Shown here one piece after another: positions 18,436-28,550 of a DNA stretch of 64,000 nt (positions are counted from its first letter, which is position 1; each line of letters begins with the position of its first letter). Position numbers and translations under genes: made by a program. Source of the DNA: Gemmatimonadaceae bacterium (lineage in GTDB: Bacteria; Gemmatimonadota; Gemmatimonadetes; Gemmatimonadales; Gemmatimonadaceae). The DNA is taken from positions 832,001 through 896,000 of the forward strand of contig JBHYGA010000001.1 in the NCBI GenBank assembly GCA_051859245.1, in the 5' to 3' direction. Below the pieces are notes generated by a model. The model was not told the DNA's origin. It made no database searches and saw nothing but the letters and a program-made list of their open reading frames with translations.

Positions 18436-19056
18436 ATGCGCCTCGCTTTGTCGCGCACTGCAGTGTTCGCCCGCAGCGCCGCCGTGCTTACGATGGCCAC
18501 ACTCATCCCCACCGCGTCAGCGTTCGCTGCGCCGGAAGGAGAAGGTGGACCCGTCAACCTGTTGGAGCCGAACGCCGGCCTGATGGTGTGGACGCTCGTC
18601 GTGTTCATCGGCCTGATGTGGGTGCTCAAGAAGTTTGCGTTCAAGCCGCTGTTCGCTGCGGTCGAAGAGCGCGAAAAGGCGCTCTCTGATGCCATCGAAG
18701 GCGCAAAGCGTGATCGTGATGCCGCCGCCGCACTGTTGGCCGAGCAGAAGGCGTTGCTCGACTCTGGTCGTGGTCAGGCGCAGCAGATCATTGCCGACGG
18801 TCGCGCGGTCGCTGACAAAATGCGCAACGACATGCTCGAAGAAACGCGCAAGCAGCAGAGCGAAATGCTCGAGCAGGCGCGTCGGGACATCGAAGCCGAA
18901 GCAGCCAAGGCCATTGCCGAACTGCGTCGCGAAGCGGTGGACCTCGCCATTGCCGGTGCCGGCAAGGTGATCGAGCAGAACCTCGACAGCGCGGGCAATC
19001 GCAAGATTGTCGAACAGTTTCTCGCGTCGATTGAAGCGCCCAAGGGTCGCCGCTGA
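18436..19056 (+). CDS. atpF: F0 subunit b
   Basis: GLMVWTLVVFIGLMWVLKKFAFKPL..EEREKAL followed by coiled coil; start 18436 or 18493. Confidence 0.93.
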   Translation: MRLALSRTAVFARSAAVLTMATLIPTASAFAAPEGEGGPVNLLEPNAGLMVWTLVVFIGLMWVLKKFAFKPLFAAVEEREKALSDAIEGAKRDRDAAAALLAEQKALLDSGRGQAQQIIADGRAVADKMRNDMLEETRKQQSEMLEQARRDIEAEAAKAIAELRREAVDLAIAGAGKVIEQNLDSAGNRKIVEQFLASIEAPKGRR

Positions 19057-19610
19057 TGAGTGTGCAAGGTTCGACCGCTGGTCGTAACTACGCCGAAGCG
19101 CTGCTGACGCTGGCGCGGAAAGCTGGTGATGCCGAGGGGTGGGGCAGGTTGGTGCGTCAGATCGGTGATGCGATCGATTCGGACATCAAACTGCGTCATT
19201 TCCTTGAATCACCGCGCATTACGGCCACGGAAAAAATGGGCGTGCTGGAAAAGGCGCTCGGTGATCGTGTTCCGCACGTGATGCTGCGCTGGTTGCAGGC
19301 CGTGGCCCGCAACCGTCGCCTCATGCTGCTGCCCACGATTGCCATTGAGTACGACACGCTGCTCGACGAATCTGCGAACCGTGTGCACGCCAAGCTCACC
19401 TTTGCCAGCGCACCGGCCGAGGGTGATGCGGACAGCATTGCGTCGCGTCTTTCGGCCGTGCTCGGCAAGACGGTGGTACCGCACGTGAACATCGATCCGG
19501 CTGTGATGGGCGGCGTGGTGATTCGCGTGGGTGATACGATCATGGACGGCTCGGTGCGTCGTCGCATGCAGGTGATGCGTCGTCGGATGTCGGGATTGTC
19601 CGGACGGTAA
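19056..19610 (+). CDS. atpH: F1 subunit delta
   Basis: RNYAEAL, FLESPRI, DPAVMGGVVIRVGDTIMDGSV. Confidence 0.95.
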   Translation: MSVQGSTAGRNYAEALLTLARKAGDAEGWGRLVRQIGDAIDSDIKLRHFLESPRITATEKMGVLEKALGDRVPHVMLRWLQAVARNRRLMLLPTIAIEYDTLLDESANRVHAKLTFASAPAEGDADSIASRLSAVLGKTVVPHVNIDPAVMGGVVIRVGDTIMDGSVRRRMQVMRRRMSGLSGR

Positions 19611-19693
19611 ACACCGGTGGCGCCTCCCGCGCCAATCAGGGGTATGAACGGGCGTGGTCGCATTTTGCGATCGCGCCCTTCATCGTTCCTGAC

Positions 19694-21811
19694 ATGCACA
19701 CATTCACAGTTGTTCGCGTCCAATCCTCCCGCGGTCTTTCGCTCACGCTCCTGATGGCGGCGCTCGTATTGACCGCCTGTGGGCGAACTCCTGGCGCGCG
19801 CACGGCGCCGCCGGTCGCGCCAACAACCGTCTCGGGTGTGCTGCCGGCTGATCCGCCCATTCCGCTCACGCCCGCCACGTCGCCCGCCAACGGCGACACC
19901 ACGGGATACTGGCAGCAGCGCGCCGATTACACCGTCATCGCATCGCTCGATGACGCGCGCGGCGTGGTATCGGCGCAGGGCACGCTGCGCTACACCAACA
20001 ACAGTCCCGATACACTGCGCGAACTGTGGATGCATCAACACCTGAATGCCTTTCGTCCGGGCTCGCGGTGGAGTGCAACCGACGTGCGCGAAGGACGGGT
20101 GCGATTTCAGCAGCTGGCCGAGCCCAACTTGGCGTACGAGCGATTCACGCGCGCGCCACGTGTGAATGGTCAGCCGCTGCGCGTCACGTATCCGTTGAGC
20201 CCGGATAGCACGGTGGTGCACGTGCAGTTGTCGAGACCACTGCCGCCCGGCCAGAACGTGAGCGTTGAGCTCGCGTGGGAAGCGCGCGCGAGCACACTGC
20301 CGCGTCGCCAGGGACGACGCGGTCGCAGCGTCGACATGGCGCAGTGGTATCCGAAAGTTGCCGTGTACGATCGGCACGGATGGAAGCCGAATGCACTCGT
20401 GCCAGCGGGCGAGTTTTACGGTGAGTTTGGCACGTTCGATGTCTCCCTGATTGTGGCCGACGATCAGGTGATCGGTTCGACCGGTGTGCCGGTCGGTGGT
20501 GATCCTGGATGGGCGCGTGTTGCCGCACCGGGGCAGACCCCCATGCTGCACGCCAACGCATACAGCAATGTGCCGGAAGGGCCGATGATCAAACTGTCGG
20601 CCGGACAGCGCATGGTGCGCTTTTACGCGCGTGATGTACACCACTTTGCGTGGAGTGCGTCACCTGGATTCCGGTATGAGGGCGGGACGTATGTACGCGC
20701 GGTCGCGCCGGGTACCTATGCGTTTCGCATCTGGGATACCGTGCCGGTTCACGTACTGTATCGAGGGGACGCTGACGCGGACTGCGCGCAGGCGAACGAA
20801 AGCGTTGCCGCCGCAGGGCGTGCACAAGCCGTGGCGAACTGCATCAACAGTTCACGCACGCAGTGGGAGAACGGTCGGGCCCTCGCATTTGGGCTCGAAA
20901 CGCTGCGCTGGCTTGAGCAGGTGTTCGGTGCGTACGCGTATCCACAGCTCACGATTCTCAAGCGTCTCGATGGTGGTGGTACCGAGTTCCCCATGATGAT
21001 GCAGAACGGATCCGCGTCGCAGGGACTCACCACGCACGAGGGTGGGCATATCTACGCGTACGGCATGCTCGGCAGTAACGAATGGCAGTCGGGTTGGATG
21101 GACGAAGGCCTCACTTCGTATCAGACCAGCATGCAAACAGGCACTACGCGCGCGGCCGTGAGTGCAGCACTCGAAGCGAGTAATCCGGCGCATCCCGATT
21201 CCATTCGCGATGCCGCGCTCGCGTCGCGCGCCCTCTCACTCCGCAATGCCGCTCGCACGCGCAACACTGCCGTGCAGTCGAACAATGCGGAACCCATCGG
21301 TACGCGCGCTGATCTGTTTCGCAACTTTACGATGTACAACGGCATGGTGTACGGGCGCGCTGCTGCCATGTATGAAGCGTTGCACGACGCGATGGGCGAC
21401 GCGGCCTTTCGGGCGTTCTTGCGCGACTACTACGCGCGCTGGGCGTTTCGTCACGTCGACAAATGGGCCATGCAGGCAAGCGCCGAACGGGCGGCGGGTT
21501 CGTCGCTTGACTGGTTCTTCTCGCAGTGGATCAACACCACCGGCGTTGTGGATTACGTGCTGCGAGACGCACGCACGGAACGCGCATCGGGCGGATGGCG
21601 AACAACGGTGGTGCTTGAGCGAGTGGGCGCGTACCGACATCCCATGCCGGTGTCGGTGCGAACACCGAGCGGTTGGACCACCGTGCGTGGAGACGCAACA
21701 CGCGATGCACAAACGCTGACGTTCGTGACGAGCGAACAACCCACGCACGTGTGGTTGGATGCGTTCGGCGCCACCGACGTGTTGAGTCGCAGGGCCATCG
21801 CTTTGCCGTAG
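19694..21811 (+). CDS. M1 family metallo-aminopeptidase, probably a lipoprotein
   Basis: YWQQRADY, AQWYPK, GGTEFP, HEGGH..WMDEG zinc motif; LTAC lipobox; start uncertain. Confidence 0.88.
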   Translation: MHTFTVVRVQSSRGLSLTLLMAALVLTACGRTPGARTAPPVAPTTVSGVLPADPPIPLTPATSPANGDTTGYWQQRADYTVIASLDDARGVVSAQGTLRYTNNSPDTLRELWMHQHLNAFRPGSRWSATDVREGRVRFQQLAEPNLAYERFTRAPRVNGQPLRVTYPLSPDSTVVHVQLSRPLPPGQNVSVELAWEARASTLPRRQGRRGRSVDMAQWYPKVAVYDRHGWKPNALVPAGEFYGEFGTFDVSLIVADDQVIGSTGVPVGGDPGWARVAAPGQTPMLHANAYSNVPEGPMIKLSAGQRMVRFYARDVHHFAWSASPGFRYEGGTYVRAVAPGTYAFRIWDTVPVHVLYRGDADADCAQANESVAAAGRAQAVANCINSSRTQWENGRALAFGLETLRWLEQVFGAYAYPQLTILKRLDGGGTEFPMMMQNGSASQGLTTHEGGHIYAYGMLGSNEWQSGWMDEGLTSYQTSMQTGTTRAAVSAALEASNPAHPDSIRDAALASRALSLRNAARTRNTAVQSNNAEPIGTRADLFRNFTMYNGMVYGRAAAMYEALHDAMGDAAFRAFLRDYYARWAFRHVDKWAMQASAERAAGSSLDWFFSQWINTTGVVDYVLRDARTERASGGWRTTVVLERVGAYRHPMPVSVRTPSGWTTVRGDATRDAQTLTFVTSEQPTHVWLDAFGATDVLSRRAIALP

Positions 21812-22021
21812 GCTACGTAGCGGCATTCACGTTCAAAGCTAGCTCAAACATTGCCAAACGTGATTAAGCGCACGCGCGTGATGTGCGCTGCGTCGTCGAC
21901 TACATGCATCGCGCATGTCGCGGCGAGCACACACCCGCAGCGCTCCCGCAGTGAACACTCGTTGCGCACGCTCGCCGCGAACGCGTTGTGTGCGCGCAGG
22001 ATACAGCGACCTCTGCTGGAA

Positions 22022-22071
22022 GATCACATTGTGATCCCGGATCACATGCGCCGTTCGGCACAGAGTATGCG
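22022..22071 (+). promoter_or_regulatory. Sigma-54 promoter plus palindromic operator upstream of the PEP-CTERM gene
   Basis: CGGCAC-AGAGT-ATGCG (GG 22057-58, N10, GC 22069-70); GATCACA-T-TGTGATC-CCG-GATCACA at 22022-22046. Confidence 0.55.
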
Positions 22072-22123
22072 CATCACGTTCACACTCCTGCAGGACATTC
22101 GTTCCCTTCACGCCGAGTGTGAA

Positions 22124-22861
22124 ATGAGACGAAGGTACTTTCTGGCAGTGCTCGCCACGGGCGTTGTGCTGGCCGCGCCACCAGCCATGCACGCGCAAAC
22201 CAACACCTACTCCAATGGCGTTGAGTACATCACGCCGGAACTCACGGGGTTCGCCACCACCGGTGCGCTGATGGAGGACATGCTGGTCACGTGGACCTTT
22301 GCCGGCGGCGGAACCAGCTTTGCCTCGTGGGGAGACCTTGGTGGCGGCGTCTGGGGTGTCAGCGTCGACGGCTTCGAAATCACGCTCGGTGAAGACGACG
22401 ACACGTATACGTCCGTCTGGTCACTGGCCAATAACACGAACAATCGCCTGAGCTCGGTTCGCTTCAATGGCGCACCGGGACGCACGTTGTTCGATTGTGG
22501 CTGGACGGGCACGGAGTGCACTACACTCGGTGACGAAATCGGAACGGAAGGGTCGGCGCTTGGCTTCTCGCTGTTCACTTCGGGCGATTACGCGGGATCC
22601 GTGAGTGGGTTCTATACCAATCGCGTGCGACTCGCGGGCGAATCGGCGGTCGGTGATCTGTTCGAACAGCTCACCATCCAGTTCGATGACATTCTGGGTG
22701 CGCAGGGCACGTACCAATGGTTCGCCGACACGGACAACTCCGGGCTTGACCAGCCGCCGCCACGAGTAGTGCCTGAACCATCCACGGGCCTGTTGACCGT
22801 CGCAGGCGTGATCAGCCTGCTGCTGCTGTCGCGGGGACGAGCTCGGCGCGAGTGGCGATAG
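22124..22861 (+). CDS. PEP-CTERM sorting-domain surface protein
   Basis: Signal peptide MRRRYFLAVLATGVVLAAPPAMHA; C-terminal VPEPSTGLL-TM-RGRARR. Confidence 0.9.
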   Translation: MRRRYFLAVLATGVVLAAPPAMHAQTNTYSNGVEYITPELTGFATTGALMEDMLVTWTFAGGGTSFASWGDLGGGVWGVSVDGFEITLGEDDDTYTSVWSLANNTNNRLSSVRFNGAPGRTLFDCGWTGTECTTLGDEIGTEGSALGFSLFTSGDYAGSVSGFYTNRVRLAGESAVGDLFEQLTIQFDDILGAQGTYQWFADTDNSGLDQPPPRVVPEPSTGLLTVAGVISLLLLSRGRARREWR

Positions 22862-22890
22862 CCTCGCTGGTAACAGCCGCTTGCACATGT

Positions 22891-22924
22891 GGGCCCGGTC
22901 ACCTGATCGGGCCCTCATTGTTTT
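22891..22924 (+). terminator. Intrinsic terminator after the PEP-CTERM gene
   Basis: GGGCCCGGTC-ACCT-GATCGGGCCC then TCATTGTTTT. Confidence 0.6.
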
Positions 22925-22950
22925 GACGCCAGCGAACGGTGCGTTAACCT
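22923..22950 (+). promoter_or_regulatory. Sigma-70 promoter for the cupin/sugar cluster
   Basis: TTGACG-16-TAACCT. Confidence 0.5.
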
Positions 22951-23020
22951 GAGCCATGTTGAATCGTCGTGCTGGGGGCGACTTGTCTGCCTCCTGCCTT
23001 GTTCTCCAATCCCATCCGCT

Positions 23021-23398
23021 ATGAGTGGTCGCGTTCCTGTAACCCGCGTTGAAAAGCCGTGGGGTCACGAGCTCATCTGGGCTCACACTGATCGCTACGT
23101 GGGCAAAGTGCTGCACGTCAAAGCTGGCCACGCGCTCAGTGTGCAGTATCACGAGCGCAAGGACGAGACGGTGCACCTGCTGTCCGGCGAGATGATCTAC
23201 TGGGTCCAGCTCCCCGGCGATACGGAGCTGCGCGATCAGCAGCTGCGCACGGGCGACTCGTTCCGCATTACACCCGGCACGATTCACTACATGGAAGCCA
23301 TCACCGACTGTGACGTGCTTGAGGCGTCCACACCCGAGCTCGACGATGTGGTCCGACTCAAGGATCGGTACGGGCGCGAGGGGACAAGCGCGGCGTAA
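23021..23398 (+). CDS. Cupin protein (mannose-6-phosphate isomerase type II C-terminal-like)
   Basis: VEKPWGHE, LSVQYHERKDET, DDVVRLKDRYGR. Confidence 0.85.
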   Translation: MSGRVPVTRVEKPWGHELIWAHTDRYVGKVLHVKAGHALSVQYHERKDETVHLLSGEMIYWVQLPGDTELRDQQLRTGDSFRITPGTIHYMEAITDCDVLEASTPELDDVVRLKDRYGREGTSAA

Positions 23399-23528
23399 AA
23401 ATTCAGGGGGCAAGAGGGGCGGCGTCGGTTGCTTCGACTGGTTCCCGGCGTGAGATTGCGGCAGTTCGCTCCCCCTCTGCAGGCGCGTTCGCGCGCCTCT
23501 CTCCCGCCGCACCAGAGCCCCGATCGCG

Positions 23529-24524
23529 ATGAAGGTCATTATCCCCCTCGCAGGAAAGGGGACGCGCTTGCGTCCGCACACACACATCACGCCCAAGCCC
23601 ATGCTGAAAGTCGCGGGGCGACCCGTGATGGATTACGTCATGGACGACGTCAAAGCCCTCGGCAACGTCGAGCAGGTGGTCTACATCACGGGCCATCTGA
23701 AAGACAAGGTGGAGGCCTATGCATCACAGGCCTACGGATTGCCGAGCGTGTACATCGAGCAGGCCGTCCAGGACGGTACCGCGGGTGCGGTGGCACTCGC
23801 CAAGCCGTACGTCGATCAGCCGGTCCTGATCATCTTCGTTGACACCATCTTCGACGCCGATCTCTCCATCGTGAACACCACCGATGCCGACGGGATCATC
23901 TGGACCAAGGAGGTCGAAGACTACCAGCGCTTTGGCGTGGTGGTGACCAACGAGGAGGGGCACATGACGCGGATCGTCGAGAAGCCCAAAGATCCGATCT
24001 CAAAACGCGCCAACATCGGGTTGTACTACATCCGCAACTGGAAGCTGCTGTACGAAGGCATTGCCCATGTGTTGAAGTCAGCGCCCAACAAAGGCGAGTG
24101 GTATCTGACCGATGCCTTTCAGTACATGATCGACCACGGCGCGAAAATCAAAGTGGTGGACGTGGACGGCTGGTATGATGCCGGACAGGTGGAGACGTAT
24201 CTCGATACCAATCGCGTGATGCTGGAGAAGGGACGTGCACGCAAACCCGCCATTCTCGGTGAAGGCGCCACGATTGTTGAGCCCGTGTACATCGAAGACG
24301 GCGTCACGATTGCGCATGCAACGGTCGGACCGAACGTCTCTGTGCTGGCGGGCAGTTCGATTACGCACGCCACCGTCTCCGACTGCATTATTGGCGGCAA
24401 TACGAACATCACGCACGCCACGCTCAAACACTCGCTTATTGGCGATCGCGTACACATTGAACATGTGCACGGCACGGCGTCGGTTGGTGATGACGGTGTC
24501 GTGCGGGGCAGTGTGGCGCTGTGA
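23529..24524 (+). CDS. Sugar-phosphate nucleotidyltransferase with C-terminal hexapeptide repeats
   Basis: IPLAGKGTRLRPHTHITPKP, RIVEKP, GWYDAG; left-handed beta-helix-like tail. Confidence 0.9.
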   Translation: MKVIIPLAGKGTRLRPHTHITPKPMLKVAGRPVMDYVMDDVKALGNVEQVVYITGHLKDKVEAYASQAYGLPSVYIEQAVQDGTAGAVALAKPYVDQPVLIIFVDTIFDADLSIVNTTDADGIIWTKEVEDYQRFGVVVTNEEGHMTRIVEKPKDPISKRANIGLYYIRNWKLLYEGIAHVLKSAPNKGEWYLTDAFQYMIDHGAKIKVVDVDGWYDAGQVETYLDTNRVMLEKGRARKPAILGEGATIVEPVYIEDGVTIAHATVGPNVSVLAGSSITHATVSDCIIGGNTNITHATLKHSLIGDRVHIEHVHGTASVGDDGVVRGSVAL

Positions 24525-25936
24525 GCGCTGAACAGGAGGGAGCGCATCACGACGCATCGCGCGGCCTTTCGCGTCGTGAGGCGATTGCAGGGTTAGGGGC
24601 GGTAGCCGCGGCCGCGAGTGGTGTGTTCCGCCCGGTTCCGGTCCTTGCGTCAACACCGGCGTGGCGCGCCGATCTGCTCGCACCACCGGTTCCGTCACTG
24701 ACGCAGTCACGCATGCTGGGCGTTCCGTTCAGCAAACACGAAACGGTGCGCCTCGCGGTGATTGGTACGGGACTACGCGGCGCTTCCGTGCTGGGCGAGT
24801 TTCTTGCGGTGGAAGGTGTACGTGTCACCGCGCTGGCCGACATTGTGCCTGAGAAAGCGGCGCGCGCTGCCAAGATGGTGACGGACAAAGGACAGAAGGC
24901 GCCGGCGCTGTTTACCAATGGCGAACGCGATTTTGAGCGACTCTTGCAGCGCGATGATATCGACTTTGTGTACATCGCCACGCCGTGGGAGTGGCATGTG
25001 CCGCAGGCGGTGGCCGCGATGCGTGCGGGTAAACATGTCGGTGTTGAAGTGCCGGCTGCGTTCAGCATCGAAGAGTGCTGGCAACTGGTTGACACATCAG
25101 AGGCCACGCGGCGTCACTGCCTCATGATGGAAAACTGTTGTTATGGCTACAACGAGTTGCTTGTTCTGAACATGGTGCGCGCCGGTGCATTCGGTCAGCT
25201 CAAGCACGCGGAAGCGGCGTACATTCACGATCTGCGTCGCTTACTCTTCGAAGACAAGGATGAAGGCATCTGGCGCCGAGCGCCACACCTTTCGCGTGAC
25301 GGCAACTTGTATCCCACGCACGGACTCGGTCCGGTATCGCAGTATCTCGGTATCAATCGCGGTGATCGATTTGACTACGTGGTCTCCATGAGCACACCGG
25401 AGTTCGGACTCAGCGAGTATCGCGCCGCGAATATCCCGGCCGGCAGTCCCAAATACAACGAGCGGTATCAGTGTGGTGATCTGAATACCTCGCTCATCAA
25501 GACGCAGCAGGGACGCACGATCATGTTGCAACATGACGTGGTGAGTCCGCGGCCGTACGATCGCATCAATATGGTGTCGGGCACAAAAGGCGCGTTTCGC
25601 GACTATCCCGCGCGCGTGTATCTGGAAGGCATGACGGGTGGTGAGCGCTGGAATCCGATCGACGCCGTCAAAGCGCAGTATGAGCACCCGCTGTGGACCA
25701 ACGTTGGCGAACTGGCGCGCAAACTGGGTGGCCATGGTGGCATGGACTTCATCATGTGTTATCGCACCATTCAGTGTATGCGCGAGGGACTGGCTCCCGA
25801 TTTCGATGTGTATGACGCGGCCTCGTGGAGTGCTCCCGGCCCGTTGAGTGAGGCGTCCGTTTCGCAGGGCAGCGCACCGATGCGCTTTCCCGATTTCACG
25901 CGTGGTGCCTGGGCTGGCACCACCAGCACCGGCTGA
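24521..25936 (+). CDS. GH109 NAD-dependent alpha-N-acetylgalactosaminidase-like (Gfo/Idh/MocA), Tat-exported
   Basis: SRREAI Tat motif; YIATPWEWH, MMENCCY, GNLYPTHGLGP, GGHGGMDF. Confidence 0.88.
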   Translation: MSAEQEGAHHDASRGLSRREAIAGLGAVAAAASGVFRPVPVLASTPAWRADLLAPPVPSLTQSRMLGVPFSKHETVRLAVIGTGLRGASVLGEFLAVEGVRVTALADIVPEKAARAAKMVTDKGQKAPALFTNGERDFERLLQRDDIDFVYIATPWEWHVPQAVAAMRAGKHVGVEVPAAFSIEECWQLVDTSEATRRHCLMMENCCYGYNELLVLNMVRAGAFGQLKHAEAAYIHDLRRLLFEDKDEGIWRRAPHLSRDGNLYPTHGLGPVSQYLGINRGDRFDYVVSMSTPEFGLSEYRAANIPAGSPKYNERYQCGDLNTSLIKTQQGRTIMLQHDVVSPRPYDRINMVSGTKGAFRDYPARVYLEGMTGGERWNPIDAVKAQYEHPLWTNVGELARKLGGHGGMDFIMCYRTIQCMREGLAPDFDVYDAASWSAPGPLSEASVSQGSAPMRFPDFTRGAWAGTTSTG

Positions 25937-25938
25937 CC

Positions 25939-27711
25939 GTGCAACTCACGTCACTCGACTGGATCATCGTTGTATTGTCGCTGGTGGTCTCGTTCATCCC
26001 GGCACTACTGCTCGCAAAGCGCGCCGGAAAGAGCAGCTCAGAATTCTTCAGCTCGGGTCAGTCGGCACCGTGGTGGCTGATTGGCGTGTCGATGGTCGCG
26101 ACAACGTTCAGCACTGATACGCCCAATCTCGTCACGGATCTCGTGCGCGGTGGGGGCATTGCCGCGAACTGGGCGTGGTGGAGTTTCCTGCTCACGGGTA
26201 TGGCCACGGTGTTTTTCTACGCACGGCTGTGGCGCCGCTCCGGTGTTCTCACCGACCTTGAGTTTTACGAAGTGCGCTATTCCGGCAAACCGGCGCGCGC
26301 GGTGCGTGCGTTTCGCGCGGTGTATCTCGGGCTGTTCTTCAACTGCGTGATCATGGCCACGGTGAATCTGGCAGCCGTGAAAATCGCCAACGTGTTGCTG
26401 GGTTGGCCCATGGGACAAACGCTGCTCGTGTGCGCGCTGCTCAATGTGGCGTTTGCCGCCACCAGTGGTTTGTGGGGTGTCATGGTCACCGACTTCATTC
26501 AGTTCGGCATCGCCATGGGCGGCTCGGTTGCTGCCGCAGTGTACGCGCTGCGCCGACCGGAAGTGGGCGGACTCGATGGACTCGTGCAAAAGCTCGATCC
26601 ATCGGTGTTGTCACTTGTGCCTGATTTCAATGACTGGAACCTTGCGCTCACGGTGATGATCATACCGCTCACCGTGCAGTGGTGGTCAGTGTGGTATCCG
26701 GGCGCAGAGCCAGGTGGTGGCAGCTACATCGCGCAGCGCATGCTCGCGGCCCGCTCCGAGCGTGATGCGCTTGGTGGTACGCTGCTTTTCAATGTGGCGC
26801 ACTACGCGCTCCGCACGTGGCCGTGGATCATTGTCGCGTTGGCGTCAATGCTCGTGTATCCAACCGTGGCCGACATCGGCGTCGCGCTGCCACACGTCGA
26901 TCCGAAGCTCATTGGCAACGACATGGCGTACCCCGCCATGTTGCGATTCTTGCCAGCCGGAATGCTCGGCTTGATGGTGGCTGGATTGCTGAGCGCATAC
27001 GTGTCCACCATTTCGACGCATCTCAACTGGGGCACGTCGTACCTGGTGCACGATGTGTACCGGCGCTTCCTCCGCCCCACCGAGAGTGAATCGCACTACG
27101 TACAGATGGGTCGCATCTGCACGGCGCTGCTCATGGTGGTGGCCGCGCTGCTCACGTACGTGCTCGACACGGCCAAGCAGAGTTTCGATTTGCTGCTGGC
27201 GATCGGCGCAGGAACGGGACTGCTGTATCTGCTGCGATGGTTCTGGTGGCGCATTACCGCGTGGAGCGAAATTGCGGCCATGGGCAGTTCATTTGTGATT
27301 GCCGTGGCCCTCGCCGTCGCGCAAAAGAACGGCGCGAATATTCCGTCGTCCATCGCATTGATTGCGTCTGTCGCTTTCACATCAATTGTGTGGATTGCGG
27401 TGGCGTATCTTGGTCCGCGAACGGATCGCGCCACCTTGTTGAGTTTTTATCGGCTGGTGCGCCCAGCCGGACCAGGCTGGCGTGACATTCGCGCCGAGGC
27501 TGGCGTGGCGGCCGCGCCAGACTCCCTGCCGCAGGCGATGCTGGCATGGATGCTCGGTTTGGCGTTCGTGTACAGTGCGATGTTCGGCGTTGGCTCGTTC
27601 CTGTTCGGCAACAATACCAATGCGATGCTGTTTGGCGTCGTCGCGGTGTGCTCCTGTGCGGCGTTGGTGCGCGTGATTCCGCGACTCTGGCCCGGCGCGA
27701 AGGCCGCGTAG
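25939..27711 (+). CDS. Sodium:solute symporter
   Basis: PWWLIGVSMVATTFSTDTP, GAEPGGGSYIAQRML; many TM helices. Confidence 0.9.
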   Translation: MQLTSLDWIIVVLSLVVSFIPALLLAKRAGKSSSEFFSSGQSAPWWLIGVSMVATTFSTDTPNLVTDLVRGGGIAANWAWWSFLLTGMATVFFYARLWRRSGVLTDLEFYEVRYSGKPARAVRAFRAVYLGLFFNCVIMATVNLAAVKIANVLLGWPMGQTLLVCALLNVAFAATSGLWGVMVTDFIQFGIAMGGSVAAAVYALRRPEVGGLDGLVQKLDPSVLSLVPDFNDWNLALTVMIIPLTVQWWSVWYPGAEPGGGSYIAQRMLAARSERDALGGTLLFNVAHYALRTWPWIIVALASMLVYPTVADIGVALPHVDPKLIGNDMAYPAMLRFLPAGMLGLMVAGLLSAYVSTISTHLNWGTSYLVHDVYRRFLRPTESESHYVQMGRICTALLMVVAALLTYVLDTAKQSFDLLLAIGAGTGLLYLLRWFWWRITAWSEIAAMGSSFVIAVALAVAQKNGANIPSSIALIASVAFTSIVWIAVAYLGPRTDRATLLSFYRLVRPAGPGWRDIRAEAGVAAAPDSLPQAMLAWMLGLAFVYSAMFGVGSFLFGNNTNAMLFGVVAVCSCAALVRVIPRLWPGAKAA

Positions 27712-27712
27712 T

Positions 27713-28522
27713 GTGATTACCACCGCGGCGATTCTGGCACGCGGCCTTGGCTCGCGTATGAAGCGCGCAAGCGAGGCCGCGGTGCTGGACGCCGTGCAGC
27801 GTGAACGCGCCGATGCTGGGATCAAGGGCATGATCCCGATCGATCGGCCGTTTCTCGACTACGTGATCACGTCGTTGGCAGACGCGGGCATGACCGATGT
27901 GGTGTTGGTCATCGCACCCGGCCCCAACGTTATTCGCGACTACTTCGAACACGACGCACCACCCAGGCGTGTGCGCGTGCGGTTCGCAGTACAAGCGGAA
28001 CCACTGGGAACAGCCGATGCCGTGGTCGCGGCCGCGCGTGAAATTGGAACGCGACCGTTTCTGGTGTTGAATGCAGACAACCATTATCCCACATCGGCAA
28101 TCCGTGCATTGGCATTCGCTGACACGGCCGGTGTGGTGGCGTTTGACCGTGATGCGCTGCTTGCGGATGGCGCGATCGATGCTGAACGCATCAGGCAGTT
28201 TGCCGTGCTGCGTGTGGCCCCGGATCACACCCTGCTCGATGTGGTGGAAAAGCCGGGTGACACACTCGATGTTCGCGGCGAGGCCGCACGTTGGGTTGGC
28301 ATGAACTTGTGGGCGATCACCCCTGCGTTAGTTGATGCCTGCGCGCGCGTACCGCGTTCGTCGCGCGGAGAGTACGAGCTGCCGCAGGCCATCCGACTGT
28401 CGCTCAGCGAAGGTGTGGTGGTGCGAGTGGTGGAGAGCACGGCAGCCGTGCTTGATCTGTCGCACCGGCATGACATAGCGAACGTGACGGCACGGCTGCG
28501 CGGCCTGTTGGTGCACACTTGA
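27713..28522 (+). CDS. Nucleotidyltransferase (NTP_transferase family)
   Basis: AILARGLGSRM, QAEPLGTADAV, VVEKP, SSRGEYELP. Confidence 0.85.
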   Translation: MITTAAILARGLGSRMKRASEAAVLDAVQRERADAGIKGMIPIDRPFLDYVITSLADAGMTDVVLVIAPGPNVIRDYFEHDAPPRRVRVRFAVQAEPLGTADAVVAAAREIGTRPFLVLNADNHYPTSAIRALAFADTAGVVAFDRDALLADGAIDAERIRQFAVLRVAPDHTLLDVVEKPGDTLDVRGEAARWVGMNLWAITPALVDACARVPRSSRGEYELPQAIRLSLSEGVVVRVVESTAAVLDLSHRHDIANVTARLRGLLVHT

Positions 28523-28550
28523 CGATACGGGACCTTCCGGTGCGCGCGCA

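Noticed and set aside
19196..20644. Long antisense ORFs (also 2082-3248, 30803-32338, 42682-44211, 53608-54948)
   Set aside because: They are antisense shadows of real genes caused by high GC3 and contain no motifs.
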